This document shows positions 40,228-50,448 of a stretch of DNA of 64,000 bases, piece after piece. The notes under the pieces were generated by a model that made no database searches, was not told where the DNA came from, and saw only the letters and a list, made by a program, of their open reading frames with translations. The DNA is from an uncultured bacterium (GTDB lineage: Bacteria; Patescibacteriota; Dojkabacteria; SC72), in contig CAIVJR010000003.1 in assembly GCA_903906305.1 (NCBI GenBank), positions 58,875-122,874 on the forward strand. The letters run 5' to 3'. Position 1 is the first letter of the stretch; each line of letters begins with the position of its first letter. The translations under genes and the position numbers were made by a program.

Positions 40228-40566
40228 ATGAAAGAGCTCCTAGATCACATTGTTAAGTCTATCGTAAATCATCCAGATAGTGTTGTTATTGAAGAAAAAG
40301 AAAGTCAAGACTTTCCTGGTTTAATTATCCTTACTATTGATGTTGCTGAAGATGACAAAGGTGTTGTAATTGGAAGAAAAGGTAGAACAATAAATGCTAT
40401 CAGAGACTTGATAACTATCCACGCTATCAGAAATGATAAAAGAGTTAAGGTATTGATCAAGGATGATAAGGCAGGACATAGAGATGATACTGAAGCTCCA
40501 AAACAAGAAGAAGAGCAACAGGTAACAACCTCTGATAATGATAATATGCTTTATGATGAAATCTAG
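40228..40566 (+). CDS. khpA: KH-domain RNA-binding protein KhpA
   Basis: DKGVVIGRKGRTINAIR; follows rpsP. Confidence 0.9.
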   Translation: MKELLDHIVKSIVNHPDSVVIEEKESQDFPGLIILTIDVAEDDKGVVIGRKGRTINAIRDLITIHAIRNDKRVKVLIKDDKAGHRDDTEAPKQEEEQQVTTSDNDNMLYDEI

Positions 40567-41279
40567 TCTAACTGACTAGCTTTTGTTTCAAATATCTTCA
40601 CGATATCTGTGAATTTGCTATACGGTGTAAATGTAGAATACACATCTGCGCTTGATGCTGATACTGGGACATAATATCCTGTAACCGAAAGACTTATCTT
40701 CCATACGCTATTGAACGCTTCTAAATCTAAATTTTCAATTGTAATAATGTAAGGAGATGCCGAATAGAGACTGTTCAAAAAATCTAGTGCATTATTTAAT
40801 GAGCCCTCGTACGCTAAAGGTCCACTTACACCTAATATGTAATTCCCTTCACTAGTCTCACCTTTTGTATTTATTTTAATATCTCCCGCAGAAATTTCCG
40901 ATGATGAAAGACCTTTCTCAGAAGCGAGATTATCGATATAGTACATGAAGCTTGATACCTTTAATGTATTTGGAATTACCTTTTGGGCATTTATGAGATC
41001 ACTTTGAAGAATTCCCTCATCCATAGCATTCAAAGTCTTTTCTAATTCTGAGAGTTGCTTTTCTTTCTGAACTATAGTTGCGTGCTCCGCTTGAAATGAT
41101 ATCGCTTTTTTTATCATCGGAACAAACACAAATACACCCAATATTACAAGAACAACGACAACAAGAATAGGAATTATAATATCAGATATCTTAAGCTTTG
41201 TTTTCTTCATTCTATCGCTTACTGCATCTATCTCTTTTTTTGTTTTTGTTGCATTGATTGCATTAGTAACTATTGGCAT
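40563..41279 (-). CDS. PilO-like type IV pilus alignment protein
   Basis: TM plus coiled coil plus ferredoxin-like C-terminus; third gene of a pilM-N-O run. Confidence 0.7.
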   Translation of the reverse strand: MPIVTNAINATKTKKEIDAVSDRMKKTKLKISDIIIPILVVVVLVILGVFVFVPMIKKAISFQAEHATIVQKEKQLSELEKTLNAMDEGILQSDLINAQKVIPNTLKVSSFMYYIDNLASEKGLSSSEISAGDIKINTKGETSEGNYILGVSGPLAYEGSLNNALDFLNSLYSASPYIITIENLDLEAFNSVWKISLSVTGYYVPVSASSADVYSTFTPYSKFTDIVKIFETKASQLD

Positions 41280-41281
41280 AT

Positions 41282-41983
41282 CTAATTATTGGTAGAACTT
41301 AAAAATTCCTTTAGGATAAGTTTTCCTTTGAATATAAAACGTATGTAATTCCCATTATTTCCAACTGATTGTAGAGTAACAGTATCCATCTTTGGATCAT
41401 TGCTTAACAGATACCAAAACTTTGAAACATTTTCCATATCTGTCGATCTTCCTTCAATTGTGAATAACAGGTCCTGTCCCAATGAAAAAGTGCTAACCGT
41501 TGAAGTTCCACTTTTTAAAGCAATGCTATTAATGTAATCAACAACGCTTTTAGGAGAATATGTCTCTGAAAGCACACGATTATATAGCTGAATTCTTTCT
41601 GTAATTTCATTACTTGCAATCATCTTTTGAGTCATTTTCGTTACTTGAGTTTCGTATGTGCTTAGTTTGGCTTTTTCATTATTTAATGCCATTCTAGATA
41701 CAATATTAAATCCTACAATCAATATTGAAACTATAACGAGTATTAAAAGACTTACAATAGATCCGACATTGAGCTTCTTTTTCTTTTCAGCAACGACAAC
41801 TTCTTCTTTAGAAAGGGTAGGTATCAAATTAACTCCTTTTTCTGCCATTATATTTTCATAACCTGGCTTTGGAGCTTCGTTCTTTGGCATTGGTGGGGGA
41901 GTAATAGGTTGCTCTACTTTGACGGGAGATTTTTGCTCAACAACTTTTTTTTGTATATTTTTAACCTCAGGTTCGTTATTCAT
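41282..41983 (-). CDS. PilN-like protein
   Basis: VNLIP PilM-binding motif, TM and coiled coil; follows pilM. Confidence 0.75.
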   Translation of the reverse strand: MNNEPEVKNIQKKVVEQKSPVKVEQPITPPPMPKNEAPKPGYENIMAEKGVNLIPTLSKEEVVVAEKKKKLNVGSIVSLLILVIVSILIVGFNIVSRMALNNEKAKLSTYETQVTKMTQKMIASNEITERIQLYNRVLSETYSPKSVVDYINSIALKSGTSTVSTFSLGQDLLFTIEGRSTDMENVSKFWYLLSNDPKMDTVTLQSVGNNGNYIRFIFKGKLILKEFLSSTNN

Positions 41984-43007
41984 CTTTTAGTGCTAAACCA
42001 ATAGCTACAGAGTATGAGGGGCCACTCTTAGCTATGATATCTTTAAATTTATTATCTATTCCGATAGAGTTCCATGGAGTAGCAATAGAGACATTTACAC
42101 CCAAACTCTTAGCAACATATTCCATTAAACCTGGAAGAAGAGCACCATCTCCGTTCAATATATAGTCCATAGGTGCTGCAACTAATGTTTTGTTCTTGTA
42201 GAATTCAATTCCTCTTCTAACTTCAACCAATATAGATTCAACGATAGGGGAGAGAACATTGTAGATCTTCCCTTCTAAAACGTTTTCTACAACACCATAG
42301 TTTCGCTTAAATTCTTCAGCTCTTGAATACTCAAAATTGAATTTATTAACTATTGATTGAGTCAAAGAGTCAGAACCAATCGCAATACTTTGAGAGAATA
42401 CTAAGTATCCCTCAGAAAGAATGCTCATATCTGTACTATTTGCTCCAAAGTCTAGCATTACTAAATCTTTTTTCTTTGTAGCACGATACATTGCTCTTCC
42501 CATTGCAACTGATTCTGTCTCTATAGCTGCAAGTTCTAACCCTGCATTCATAGCAACATTGATATATATATCAATAATTTTTCTTGGGGCAGCAACAAGA
42601 AGCACTCGTGGTGCATTCTTTTCCTGATTAAACCCAATGGTTATATAACTAAGTTGAACCTCATCAAGAGGCATTGGAATATATTGTTTTGCTTCGAAAT
42701 ATACTGCATCTTTTAATTCTTCAAGCTTTACACCTGGAAATTCTAAAAATCTAGTAAAAACTGAAAATTCTGGTAAAGCCATAACAACTGACTTATTCCT
42801 TATCTTTGATGAGTCGTACAATTTCTTTAGTACATCGGCGAGTTTGGTTTGATCTGCTTTATCTTCACTGTTTATAACACCTCTTGGTGTAATTTGAGAT
42901 CCAAGATTTACAAGCTCTGGAGTATCAGAGGATATGTTTTTTAACTCAACAGCTTTTACTGAGTGAGTACCAAAGTCTATACCTACATGGTCGGGCAACT
43001 TAGCCAT
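41976..43007 (-). CDS. pilM: Type IV pilus assembly protein PilM
   Basis: GIDFGTHSVKAVEL, EAKQYIP, LDFGANST and VAIGLAL. Confidence 0.93.
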   Translation of the reverse strand: MAKLPDHVGIDFGTHSVKAVELKNISSDTPELVNLGSQITPRGVINSEDKADQTKLADVLKKLYDSSKIRNKSVVMALPEFSVFTRFLEFPGVKLEELKDAVYFEAKQYIPMPLDEVQLSYITIGFNQEKNAPRVLLVAAPRKIIDIYINVAMNAGLELAAIETESVAMGRAMYRATKKKDLVMLDFGANSTDMSILSEGYLVFSQSIAIGSDSLTQSIVNKFNFEYSRAEEFKRNYGVVENVLEGKIYNVLSPIVESILVEVRRGIEFYKNKTLVAAPMDYILNGDGALLPGLMEYVAKSLGVNVSIATPWNSIGIDNKFKDIIAKSGPSYSVAIGLALKDE

Positions 43008-43079
43008 ATTGAGCAGTTTATCTAAGTTTAACTTTTAATATTTATATATAATAGCAAAAAAAGAGTAGGGCAACAAAAA

Positions 43080-43460
43080 TTATTCTCCTAAATATTTATT
43101 TAGTTCCTTTATTAATCCTTCATAGTCAATATCTGTCTTTACAAGGTAAGAAGAAGCGCCTAAATCGAAGGCTTCTTTTATAACCGCATCGCTTGTCATA
43201 TTCGTTAAGACAACAACAGGAACATTTCCATATTTGTCCGAATTTGCTTTTACAGCTCTCAGAACTTCTAATCCATCAACGCCTGGCATCATTAGATCAA
43301 GCAACAGAAGCCCTACAGTACCTATTTGCTGCGACAAAACATCCAAGCCATGATATCCGTCGGTTGCAGTTAAACAAACATAACCAGCTGTTTCTACGAG
43401 CTCCTTATATGAATCTAACAACTGCTTATCATCCTCAACTATTAATATTGTTTTTGTCAT
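43080..43460 (-). CDS. Stand-alone response regulator receiver
   Basis: ILIVEDD, LLDLMMPGVDG, VVLTN and YLVK. Start placed at MTKTIL. Confidence 0.92.
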   Translation of the reverse strand: MTKTILIVEDDKQLLDSYKELVETAGYVCLTATDGYHGLDVLSQQIGTVGLLLLDLMMPGVDGLEVLRAVKANSDKYGNVPVVVLTNMTSDAVIKEAFDLGASSYLVKTDIDYEGLIKELNKYLGE

Positions 43461-43564
43461 ACTAAAAATATAATAAATTAATAATACCCATATACTCGTA
43501 TACAGTATAATCAAATATTCGTGTATATGTTAAGTATCCAAAATCATCCTATTTTTTTCTTTCT

Positions 43565-44278
43565 CTACCACACTATTCCCTCAGTTGAAACAACTGCTTG
43601 CCTATGAACAATTTTCTTCACAGGGGCACCTTCTGCAAGATACCACTGGGTTGGTTCCGCTTCTATATCAAATCTTATTAAGTAATTAGAATCTTTTAAT
43701 ACTGTATATGCAATATCAAAGCTTTTTATATTAACAACCTCAGAGTTAAGCGCTATTACATATTTGCTAGCATCTTCATCAAAACATGTTTGCTGTTGAT
43801 CAATGAGGTTTTGCGCAGAGGTCTTTAATATATATCCCATCTCTGGATCATTTGTAGATTTAAAATATCCTATGCATACCCAACTTTCATATCCATACGG
43901 TCTAAAATGAATTTCATTTCCAACGGCATTTGCTAATTTGGGGGTATTGTATGCTTCTAAAAGTAGAGGATCTATGGGTGATCCGTTAGTATTTACAACA
44001 ATGTTTTCCTCTGGATCATACTTCCTCACATCACTAGAACCAAATACGTAAACATCTGATGGATTTGAGTTTCGTACAGTTCTTCTAACAAGTTCCAGTA
44101 CGAATTCGCTCTCAGATCTTACTCTTGTTTTGTTACTTGATACCGTAGATATTTTTATCAGTGTTGTGAGAGTAGAAGAGGCGGTGAGCATAACTACTCC
44201 CATGATTACAATTGTAATTAACATTTCTACAAGACTAAACCCCTCATATTTTTCTTTTTTATTGAAAAGGTTCATCAT
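43565..44278 (-). CDS. Minor pilin (class III signal)
   Basis: KYEG|FSLVEMLITIVIMG. Confidence 0.9.
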   Translation of the reverse strand: MMNLFNKKEKYEGFSLVEMLITIVIMGVVMLTASSTLTTLIKISTVSSNKTRVRSESEFVLELVRRTVRNSNPSDVYVFGSSDVRKYDPEENIVVNTNGSPIDPLLLEAYNTPKLANAVGNEIHFRPYGYESWVCIGYFKSTNDPEMGYILKTSAQNLIDQQQTCFDEDASKYVIALNSEVVNIKSFDIAYTVLKDSNYLIRFDIEAEPTQWYLAEGAPVKKIVHRQAVVSTEGIVW

Positions 44279-44841
44279 AAGTTAACAACAGTAAAATATG
44301 TATAATCTTTTACGCTATACCCCTTAGTGATACTTTCTCCCTCTACGATTGTTTGATTAACAGTTGATTGACCAACAACAACCTTCACAATAACGTAGTT
44401 GGAAGTAATGTCATAGCTTTCTATACAAAAAATTCTAAAATACAAATTGTCAGCATCTTCAGGAACCAATGCCTCCGTCTTATACTGTCCTCTTACGATT
44501 GGATCATATGTGTACGTAACCAGTTCCTGTGCATTTTTTCTAATTAAATACTGATCATCGCTATCCTTGTCTATTACATAACAATTATTTGTATCTCCTA
44601 GAGGATTTGGAAAAACATCTTCACCTGTTAACTTCTCTTGCATAGCAACATTTTGAGCCATAGTAGCACCCTCTACCGCATACTGGGTCATTGTATCTAT
44701 AGTTTCATTTTGGATCATATCCTGTAAGGTCTTAGTGGCAATTTGCATTAATACGACAGAGGATGCTCCAACTACCATAATAGCTATTAAAGCCTCTACA
44801 AAACCCATACCTTCATATTTTGATTCTAGTGTTATTTTCAT
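44275..44841 (-). CDS. Minor pilin (PilV-like)
   Basis: KYEG|MGFVEALIAIMVVG. Confidence 0.8.
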   Translation of the reverse strand: MKITLESKYEGMGFVEALIAIMVVGASSVVLMQIATKTLQDMIQNETIDTMTQYAVEGATMAQNVAMQEKLTGEDVFPNPLGDTNNCYVIDKDSDDQYLIRKNAQELVTYTYDPIVRGQYKTEALVPEDADNLYFRIFCIESYDITSNYVIVKVVVGQSTVNQTIVEGESITKGYSVKDYTYFTVVNL

Positions 44842-45614
44842 TATTGAATTGATCTAGAATTAATTTTACCTGAGAGATTGCCAATTGTTATTACCCTCGA
44901 ATTAACATCACTATCTGGAACTATCGTTATCACAAAAGGAAGGGGATCATCTATTAGCCTTCCATTACTTGCATAGTTTAATAAAGCTCCATCATCATCA
45001 TAAAAGAATGTTCTTCCTGATACAGATTCGAAGATCACATATCTTGGTGTTGATCCATCTATTGGGCTAATTGTGATTGTAGATTTTGGTGTTTTTGTTG
45101 ACTTATCATATCCAGAAAGTACACTAAGGGATGAGGAACTTCCCGATGCACATGACGATCCTATGGAATTTTCAACATTCATGTATCCATTTCTTTCATT
45201 TGGAAATCCTGAGATTGGAGAACCTAGATTTAAAAGCGCAGATGGGTTGTATGCCGGTAAGCTTGATTTAGTTAATATATCGCCATAGTCACCAAATGGG
45301 GAACACCATTTAAATACCGTATATTCACCATCATCTCCCATATCCCCGAAATCAAGTCCAAGTCCATATAACCATTTCTCACCTGAGTCTCTTTGCAAGA
45401 GCATAGCAGCTCTTTGAACAGATCGAACGTCTTGTTCTACAGTAAGTACATATTCATTCATCTTTACCGTATTTTGAAGTCCCCCAAAGGCGGAAAATGT
45501 CATAGCGCCAAGAATTGAGAAGATCGTTAAGACCACTAAAAGTTCCATCAAAGTATATGCAGAATATTTTTCTTTTGATCTTAAATTCAAGGCAGTATGT
45601 ATACAATTCAACAA
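44841..45614 (-). CDS. Minor pilin (FimT/GspH-like); start uncertain
   Basis: KYSA|YTLMELLVVLTIFSIL. Confidence 0.85.
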   Translation of the reverse strand: MLNCIHTALNLRSKEKYSAYTLMELLVVLTIFSILGAMTFSAFGGLQNTVKMNEYVLTVEQDVRSVQRAAMLLQRDSGEKWLYGLGLDFGDMGDDGEYTVFKWCSPFGDYGDILTKSSLPAYNPSALLNLGSPISGFPNERNGYMNVENSIGSSCASGSSSSLSVLSGYDKSTKTPKSTITISPIDGSTPRYVIFESVSGRTFFYDDDGALLNYASNGRLIDDPLPFVITIVPDSDVNSRVITIGNLSGKINSRSIQ

Positions 45615-45642
45615 TTTAATTTAACACAGAAAGAGATTAGTA

Positions 45643-46224
45643 TCAATTATTCAAAGAAAAACCATCCTCGTTATGCCAATCTGAATTGTCCATACTTTTA
45701 ACAATAGTTCCTAATGGATCACCAGTAGATTGAGCACCTATTTCTGTATCTGTCACTGGGCTTATTTCCGGGAGAACACCAATACCATCTCCTGTGCAGT
45801 AGAATCCTCTTTCGTTTTCATCATCAATACCACCCAGCGATACACATACAACAACAAATCTTTGGTCTACACTATCAACAGCGTAATAGTAAGTAGCATC
45901 TGTACCACCATCAAAAATGGATCCATCATTAACATATTCCTTGAGAATGTAGTTATCAGGCGTTCCATTGTATCCCAGTGCATATGCGAAAAACTCTCTT
46001 TCTATACATCCATTACATGTTCCAAGTGCGGGGTAGGCACCATTAATATTTTTATATTTAAGAAGTGCTGTATATAGAATTTTGGCAGCATCTTTATGCT
46101 TTATATCTTGGCTCTTTTGAATGGCATAACGTCCAACCATTACACCAATTGATATGAGAACTATGAGAACTCCCATCACAATTAGCATTTCTACAAGCGT
46201 AAAAGCTTTATATCTTTTGATCAT
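45643..46224 (-). CDS. Pilin, paralog of the 47057-47584 pilin
   Basis: RYKA|FTLVEMLIVMG; shares GGT.ATYY.A and VCVS.GG.DD...G.YC.G with the other pilin. Confidence 0.9.
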   Translation of the reverse strand: MIKRYKAFTLVEMLIVMGVLIVLISIGVMVGRYAIQKSQDIKHKDAAKILYTALLKYKNINGAYPALGTCNGCIEREFFAYALGYNGTPDNYILKEYVNDGSIFDGGTDATYYYAVDSVDQRFVVVCVSLGGIDDENERGFYCTGDGIGVLPEISPVTDTEIGAQSTGDPLGTIVKSMDNSDWHNEDGFSLNN

Positions 46225-46236
46225 GACTTAAATTTA

Positions 46237-46980
46237 TCATATTTGAAGATATTTAAGAACCCAATTCCAAATTTCTTCACCATATACAGTAGATATGACA
46301 AACGCAATACTTAAGAAAGGTACCATGGGAACTTTTGCTTTCTTAATACTAATCTTCTTTACAATGATGAAGACTACGGAGTAGAGGAGTGCGATGATAA
46401 CTGATAACCAGAAGAAGATAACAAATTGTTCTTTGCTAAGTAATATTCCAAGCCCCAATATTAAAAGAATGTCTCCCAAACCGAAAGATTTCTTTAATAG
46501 ATTTATTATTAACAAAGATATACCTATTAATACTGGAAGGTATATTTTTGTAATATCGAATGTAAAAGCAAATATTAATAAACATAGTCCTAAAAATATA
46601 TGTGTAAGATTCTTTGGGATTCCAAATTCCTTAATATCATAGTTACTTAATACAAATAGAAAAAGAATTATTATATAGAAGTAGAAGGAGATAGAGTATA
46701 GAAAGAAGAGTAGAAATACAGTTCCTAAAAGGAATTCCGAAATTGGATAGTATGGGTTAATTTTTGCCCCACAATATTTACATTTTCCTTGGTTGATTAG
46801 GAAACCCAAAATAGGGAATAAATCTATCCAAGAGAGTGAATGCTTACAAGTCTCACAGTGTGAGCTCTGAGTTAACAATTCTTTCCATTTAAATTTTTTT
46901 TCTATTCTGTAGAGCGTAGCATTAATGAAGCTCGCGAGTGCTGCACCAATACAGAAGATACACATATATGTGATAATCAT
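46237..46980 (-). CDS. pilD: Prepilin peptidase (A24)
   Basis: SFINA..YR, SHCETC, GKCKYC, catalytic Asp motifs (NYDI and GLGD) and PMVPFL. Confidence 0.92.
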   Translation of the reverse strand: MIITYMCIFCIGAALASFINATLYRIEKKFKWKELLTQSSHCETCKHSLSWIDLFPILGFLINQGKCKYCGAKINPYYPISEFLLGTVFLLFFLYSISFYFYIIILFLFVLSNYDIKEFGIPKNLTHIFLGLCLLIFAFTFDITKIYLPVLIGISLLIINLLKKSFGLGDILLILGLGILLSKEQFVIFFWLSVIIALLYSVVFIIVKKISIKKAKVPMVPFLSIAFVISTVYGEEIWNWVLKYLQI

Positions 46981-47007
46981 GTTCTAATTATATACTGTTG
47001 AGTTAAA

Positions 47008-47036
47008 TAAAAAACCCCTCATAGCGAGGGGTTTTT
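47008..47036 (-). terminator. Intrinsic terminator after the probable major pilin
   Basis: aaaaacccctc-5 nt-gaggggttttt, with T-tracts in both directions. Confidence 0.88.
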
Positions 47037-47056
47037 AAATTCACAATAAAGCTATA

Positions 47057-47584
47057 CTAGTTCCAAACTTTTCCATCCCAATCAGACTGCGTTAAGCCTG
47101 CACCACCTGTCAAGAATGTATTTCCTGTAGCAACATCTTTACTTGTAATAGCAGGTGTTACGATATTTGTTGATCCGAAGCTATTACCATTACAGTAGTA
47201 ACCTAATCCTTTGTCATCGTCTACACCACCTTTAGAAACACATACTAGAACTTCCTGTTGATCATCAGAGGCAGCAAAATAGTATGTTGCTCCTGTACCA
47301 CCATTGAAAGCACCTTGATCCATATATCTGCCTAATAAAGCATCCGTAGATATCAAATATTCAGGAGTATTAGTAACACCATCATCAGGGAACTCTCTGT
47401 TATCAGTATAATATGCCTGTAAAGCAGTATAAATCTGATCTACAACATTCTGATGTGCAACATCATTAGCTCTATTGATAGCAAATCTTCCAGCAGTGAT
47501 ACCTACAGCCATCAAGATAATAAGGATACCCATAACGATAAGCATTTCTACTAATGTGAATGCTTCATAGAGATTCTTTCTCAT
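47057..47584 (-). CDS. Probable major type IV pilin
   Basis: LYEA|FTLVEMLIVMG; has its own consensus promoter and terminator. Confidence 0.88.
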   Translation of the reverse strand: MRKNLYEAFTLVEMLIVMGILIILMAVGITAGRFAINRANDVAHQNVVDQIYTALQAYYTDNREFPDDGVTNTPEYLISTDALLGRYMDQGAFNGGTGATYYFAASDDQQEVLVCVSKGGVDDDKGLGYYCNGNSFGSTNIVTPAITSKDVATGNTFLTGGAGLTQSDWDGKVWN

Positions 47585-47619
47585 GTTTAATTAGACAGTT
47601 TATTAATTTAACTAATTTA

Positions 47620-47648
47620 AGATTACAAAACTTTTAATACCTTGTCAA
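47620..47648 (-). promoter_or_regulatory. Sigma70 promoter of the major pilin
   Basis: TTGACA (47648-47643), 17 nt, TAATCT (47625-47620). Confidence 0.65.
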
Positions 47649-47655
47649 TGACGAT

Positions 47656-48867
47656 TTAACCTATCGCTGAAGACAGTTGGAACATAGGCATATAAACGCC
47701 TAAAGCAATAAATCCGATTGCCAATCCCATGATAATTAGGAATACCGGCTCCAACACCGATGCCATATTTGTAGTAGCCACATCAACCTCTTCCTTGTAA
47801 TATTGTGACACCTTTGTTAATACCGCATCAATTTCTCCTGTCTCTTCTCCAACCGCAATCATACTGCTAACGAGTAGGGGGAAGTATTCGCTTCTTGCAA
47901 TTGGCAATGCTAAGGCACCACCTTTCTCAACTTCAGATTTGGCTTCAATAATTGTATCTCTAAACATACTATTACTGAGTGAAGAAGCGGTTAATTCCAA
48001 AGCTTTAATAATTGATAATCCACTTCCAAGGAGTAGGGCCAATATTCTTGTAAATTGTGATAACTGCATCTTTGTAATGATCCCTCCAATAATGGGAATT
48101 TTCAAAACTAATTTATCCCAACTTCTTTTTCCTTTTGGTGAATCGAGATAATATTTGCCTCCGATTACCAATACGGCGATAACAACCAAGATTGCCCACC
48201 AATAGCCAATAAAGAACGAGCTCATACTCATCAACATTCTTGTAACCAATGGTAATTCAGCTCCAAAGTCACCATAAATTTGAGCCATGGAAGGTATGAG
48301 TACCATCATCATCAGTACTACAACTACAACAATGACTACCAATATAATTATTGGGTAGATCATTGCAGATTTTAATTTGCTGGATAAGCTATTTTTTTCT
48401 TCTAACTCAGTTGCTAGTCTTTCCAATATTACTTCTAATTTTCCACTCTCTTCACCTGCTTCTATTAAGTTTAATGTGACATCATCGTAGATTTCGTCCT
48501 GTTCTCTAAAAGATATTGATAATGATTTTCCAGATTGAACTGACGATAGAACCTCTTTTAGCACACGTTTGAAGAATGGATTCCCTGCTTGTTGGACCAT
48601 AATCTCTAAAGCCCTTGTAAGGGGCAAGCCCGCACCAACCATTGTGGACATCTGTCGCATGAAGATAACTTTTTCTTTATCGGGGACTCCTCCAATATTA
48701 ATCTCAGATAGCTTTTCGAAATCAATTCCCATTCCTTCTTTCACACTTACTACTATCAACCCTCTATCATGCAGTATATCTGTTACTGATTCTGGATCTC
48801 TAGCTTCAATTTCTCCTGTAACAATCTTTCCTTTTACATCTCTTGCTGAATATTTGAATTTCTTCAT
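47656..48867 (-). CDS. pilC: Type IV pilus platform protein PilC (GspF family)
   Basis: FMRQMSTMVGAGLPL, AGEESGKL, AMIYP, VGEETG and LEP. Confidence 0.95.
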   Translation of the reverse strand: MKKFKYSARDVKGKIVTGEIEARDPESVTDILHDRGLIVVSVKEGMGIDFEKLSEINIGGVPDKEKVIFMRQMSTMVGAGLPLTRALEIMVQQAGNPFFKRVLKEVLSSVQSGKSLSISFREQDEIYDDVTLNLIEAGEESGKLEVILERLATELEEKNSLSSKLKSAMIYPIIILVVIVVVVVLMMMVLIPSMAQIYGDFGAELPLVTRMLMSMSSFFIGYWWAILVVIAVLVIGGKYYLDSPKGKRSWDKLVLKIPIIGGIITKMQLSQFTRILALLLGSGLSIIKALELTASSLSNSMFRDTIIEAKSEVEKGGALALPIARSEYFPLLVSSMIAVGEETGEIDAVLTKVSQYYKEEVDVATTNMASVLEPVFLIIMGLAIGFIALGVYMPMFQLSSAIG

Positions 48868-48868
48868 T

Positions 48869-50428
48869 TTAATTCTTTAATAATCTTAAGACTTCCTCTG
48901 GGAATACTGCATATTCCTGTGCTTTTTGTACAGAAATAATGCCTTCTCTAACAAGATTTACGAGTGACTTTTCAAGAGAGATCATCCCTATATCTGAGCT
49001 TGTTCTAATAACGTTATCTATCTGGTTAGTTTTTCCTTCCCTAATTAAGTTTCCTACAGCAGAGTTTTTCAACATAATCTCAGATACAGCTCTTCTCCCA
49101 CCTTTTTCAAGAGGTATTAGTCTTTGAGCAACAACTGCTTCTAAAATGTTTGATAACTGTGCACGAACCTGGGATTGTTGATTATCTGGGAACACATCAA
49201 TGATACGATCAATTGTCTGCGATGCACTGTTAGTATGTAATGTTGCAAATACTAGATGTCCTGTTTCTGCCAAAGTAATTGTAGCTGATATTGTTTCAAG
49301 ATCTCTCATTTCCCCAACAAGCAATACGTCGGGATCTTGCCTTAACGCACTTCGAAGCGCAATATCCCATGAGTGAGTATCGTCATTCATTTCTCTTTGA
49401 TCAATCAATGCTTTCTTTCCCTCAAATACATATTCCACTGGATCTTCAATGGTTACGATGTGGCAGAATCTCGTTCGGTTAATGTCTTCAAGTAGACTTG
49501 CAAGTGTAGTACTTTTACCATGCCCTGTCGGACCAGTGACAAGTATCAATCCTTGTTTTAGTTTCGTAAATTGATGATACATTTGAGGTAACATCAATTC
49601 TTCAATTGTTCTAATTCTTGATGGTATCAATCTGAAGGCTGCACTCAAGTTCTTCATTGCGTAGTATGCATTGATTCTGAATCGTGCGTTAGAACCTCCT
49701 TCATAGGTATATGCCAAATCAATTTCTCTATTTACTTCCAAGAGTTCCTTTTTTTCATCAGAGAGAATTGAAAGGATTAACTCTTCAGCATCTTCCGGAT
49801 TTAGTATCCTATCTCCAACATCTTCTAGTTCACCATCAACTCTAATTACTGGAGGATATCCCGATGCTATATGTAAATCTGAAGCGTTTCGACTTATTGT
49901 TAATGCTAATAGGTCTTCTATTTTGTACTTAGAGTTATTAGTGCCGTTGATGGAGTAATTGGGATGGTTATGATCGGTAGAGCCCGAGGTCTCATTTACA
50001 ACATTGCTTGGAATTGGGACTTCTACAGGTTTCGCCAAGTTATTTGATTTAGGTTCTCTATCCATAGCTTTTGGTTTCTTAAACTCAGGCATAATATCAT
50101 CAAGGTTATTTCCTGATCTACCCAAAGAATCCAATGTCATATTAGAAGAGGGTAGAGGAGAAGGTCCATCAGGCAACATCCCAACATCTGTGAATGTTTT
50201 ATCCAAATTCGGTAAGACAGTTGGTTGAGCAACATATGAATTGACTTTTTGTGGTTCCGTAGGAACCTGATTTATTTCATCAATCTTTTGTGAAATTTGA
50301 GAAATATCATTGACAGTCGGAGATGCTGGTTGAACAGGTTGTACTGCGGGAGCAACAACAGGAGCATTAGCTGGAACATTAGTGTATCCAAATTTTACAT
50401 TGTTATCTTGGGCAGTATTATTATCCAT
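48869..50428 (-). CDS. pilT: Retraction ATPase PilT with about 165-aa low-complexity N-terminal extension
   Basis: ASDLH, GPTGHGKSTT, TIEDPVE, LRQDPD, ETGHLVFATLH and AVGNLIRE. Confidence 0.93.
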   Translation of the reverse strand: MDNNTAQDNNVKFGYTNVPANAPVVAPAVQPVQPASPTVNDISQISQKIDEINQVPTEPQKVNSYVAQPTVLPNLDKTFTDVGMLPDGPSPLPSSNMTLDSLGRSGNNLDDIMPEFKKPKAMDREPKSNNLAKPVEVPIPSNVVNETSGSTDHNHPNYSINGTNNSKYKIEDLLALTISRNASDLHIASGYPPVIRVDGELEDVGDRILNPEDAEELILSILSDEKKELLEVNREIDLAYTYEGGSNARFRINAYYAMKNLSAAFRLIPSRIRTIEELMLPQMYHQFTKLKQGLILVTGPTGHGKSTTLASLLEDINRTRFCHIVTIEDPVEYVFEGKKALIDQREMNDDTHSWDIALRSALRQDPDVLLVGEMRDLETISATITLAETGHLVFATLHTNSASQTIDRIIDVFPDNQQSQVRAQLSNILEAVVAQRLIPLEKGGRRAVSEIMLKNSAVGNLIREGKTNQIDNVIRTSSDIGMISLEKSLVNLVREGIISVQKAQEYAVFPEEVLRLLKN

Positions 50429-50448
50429 TCTTTATTTATATCAAAAAT

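Noticed and set aside
45643-46239. Alternative genetic code 25 (UGA=Gly)
   Set aside because: TGA terminates pilD and a pilin, and all conserved genes translate full length in code 11.
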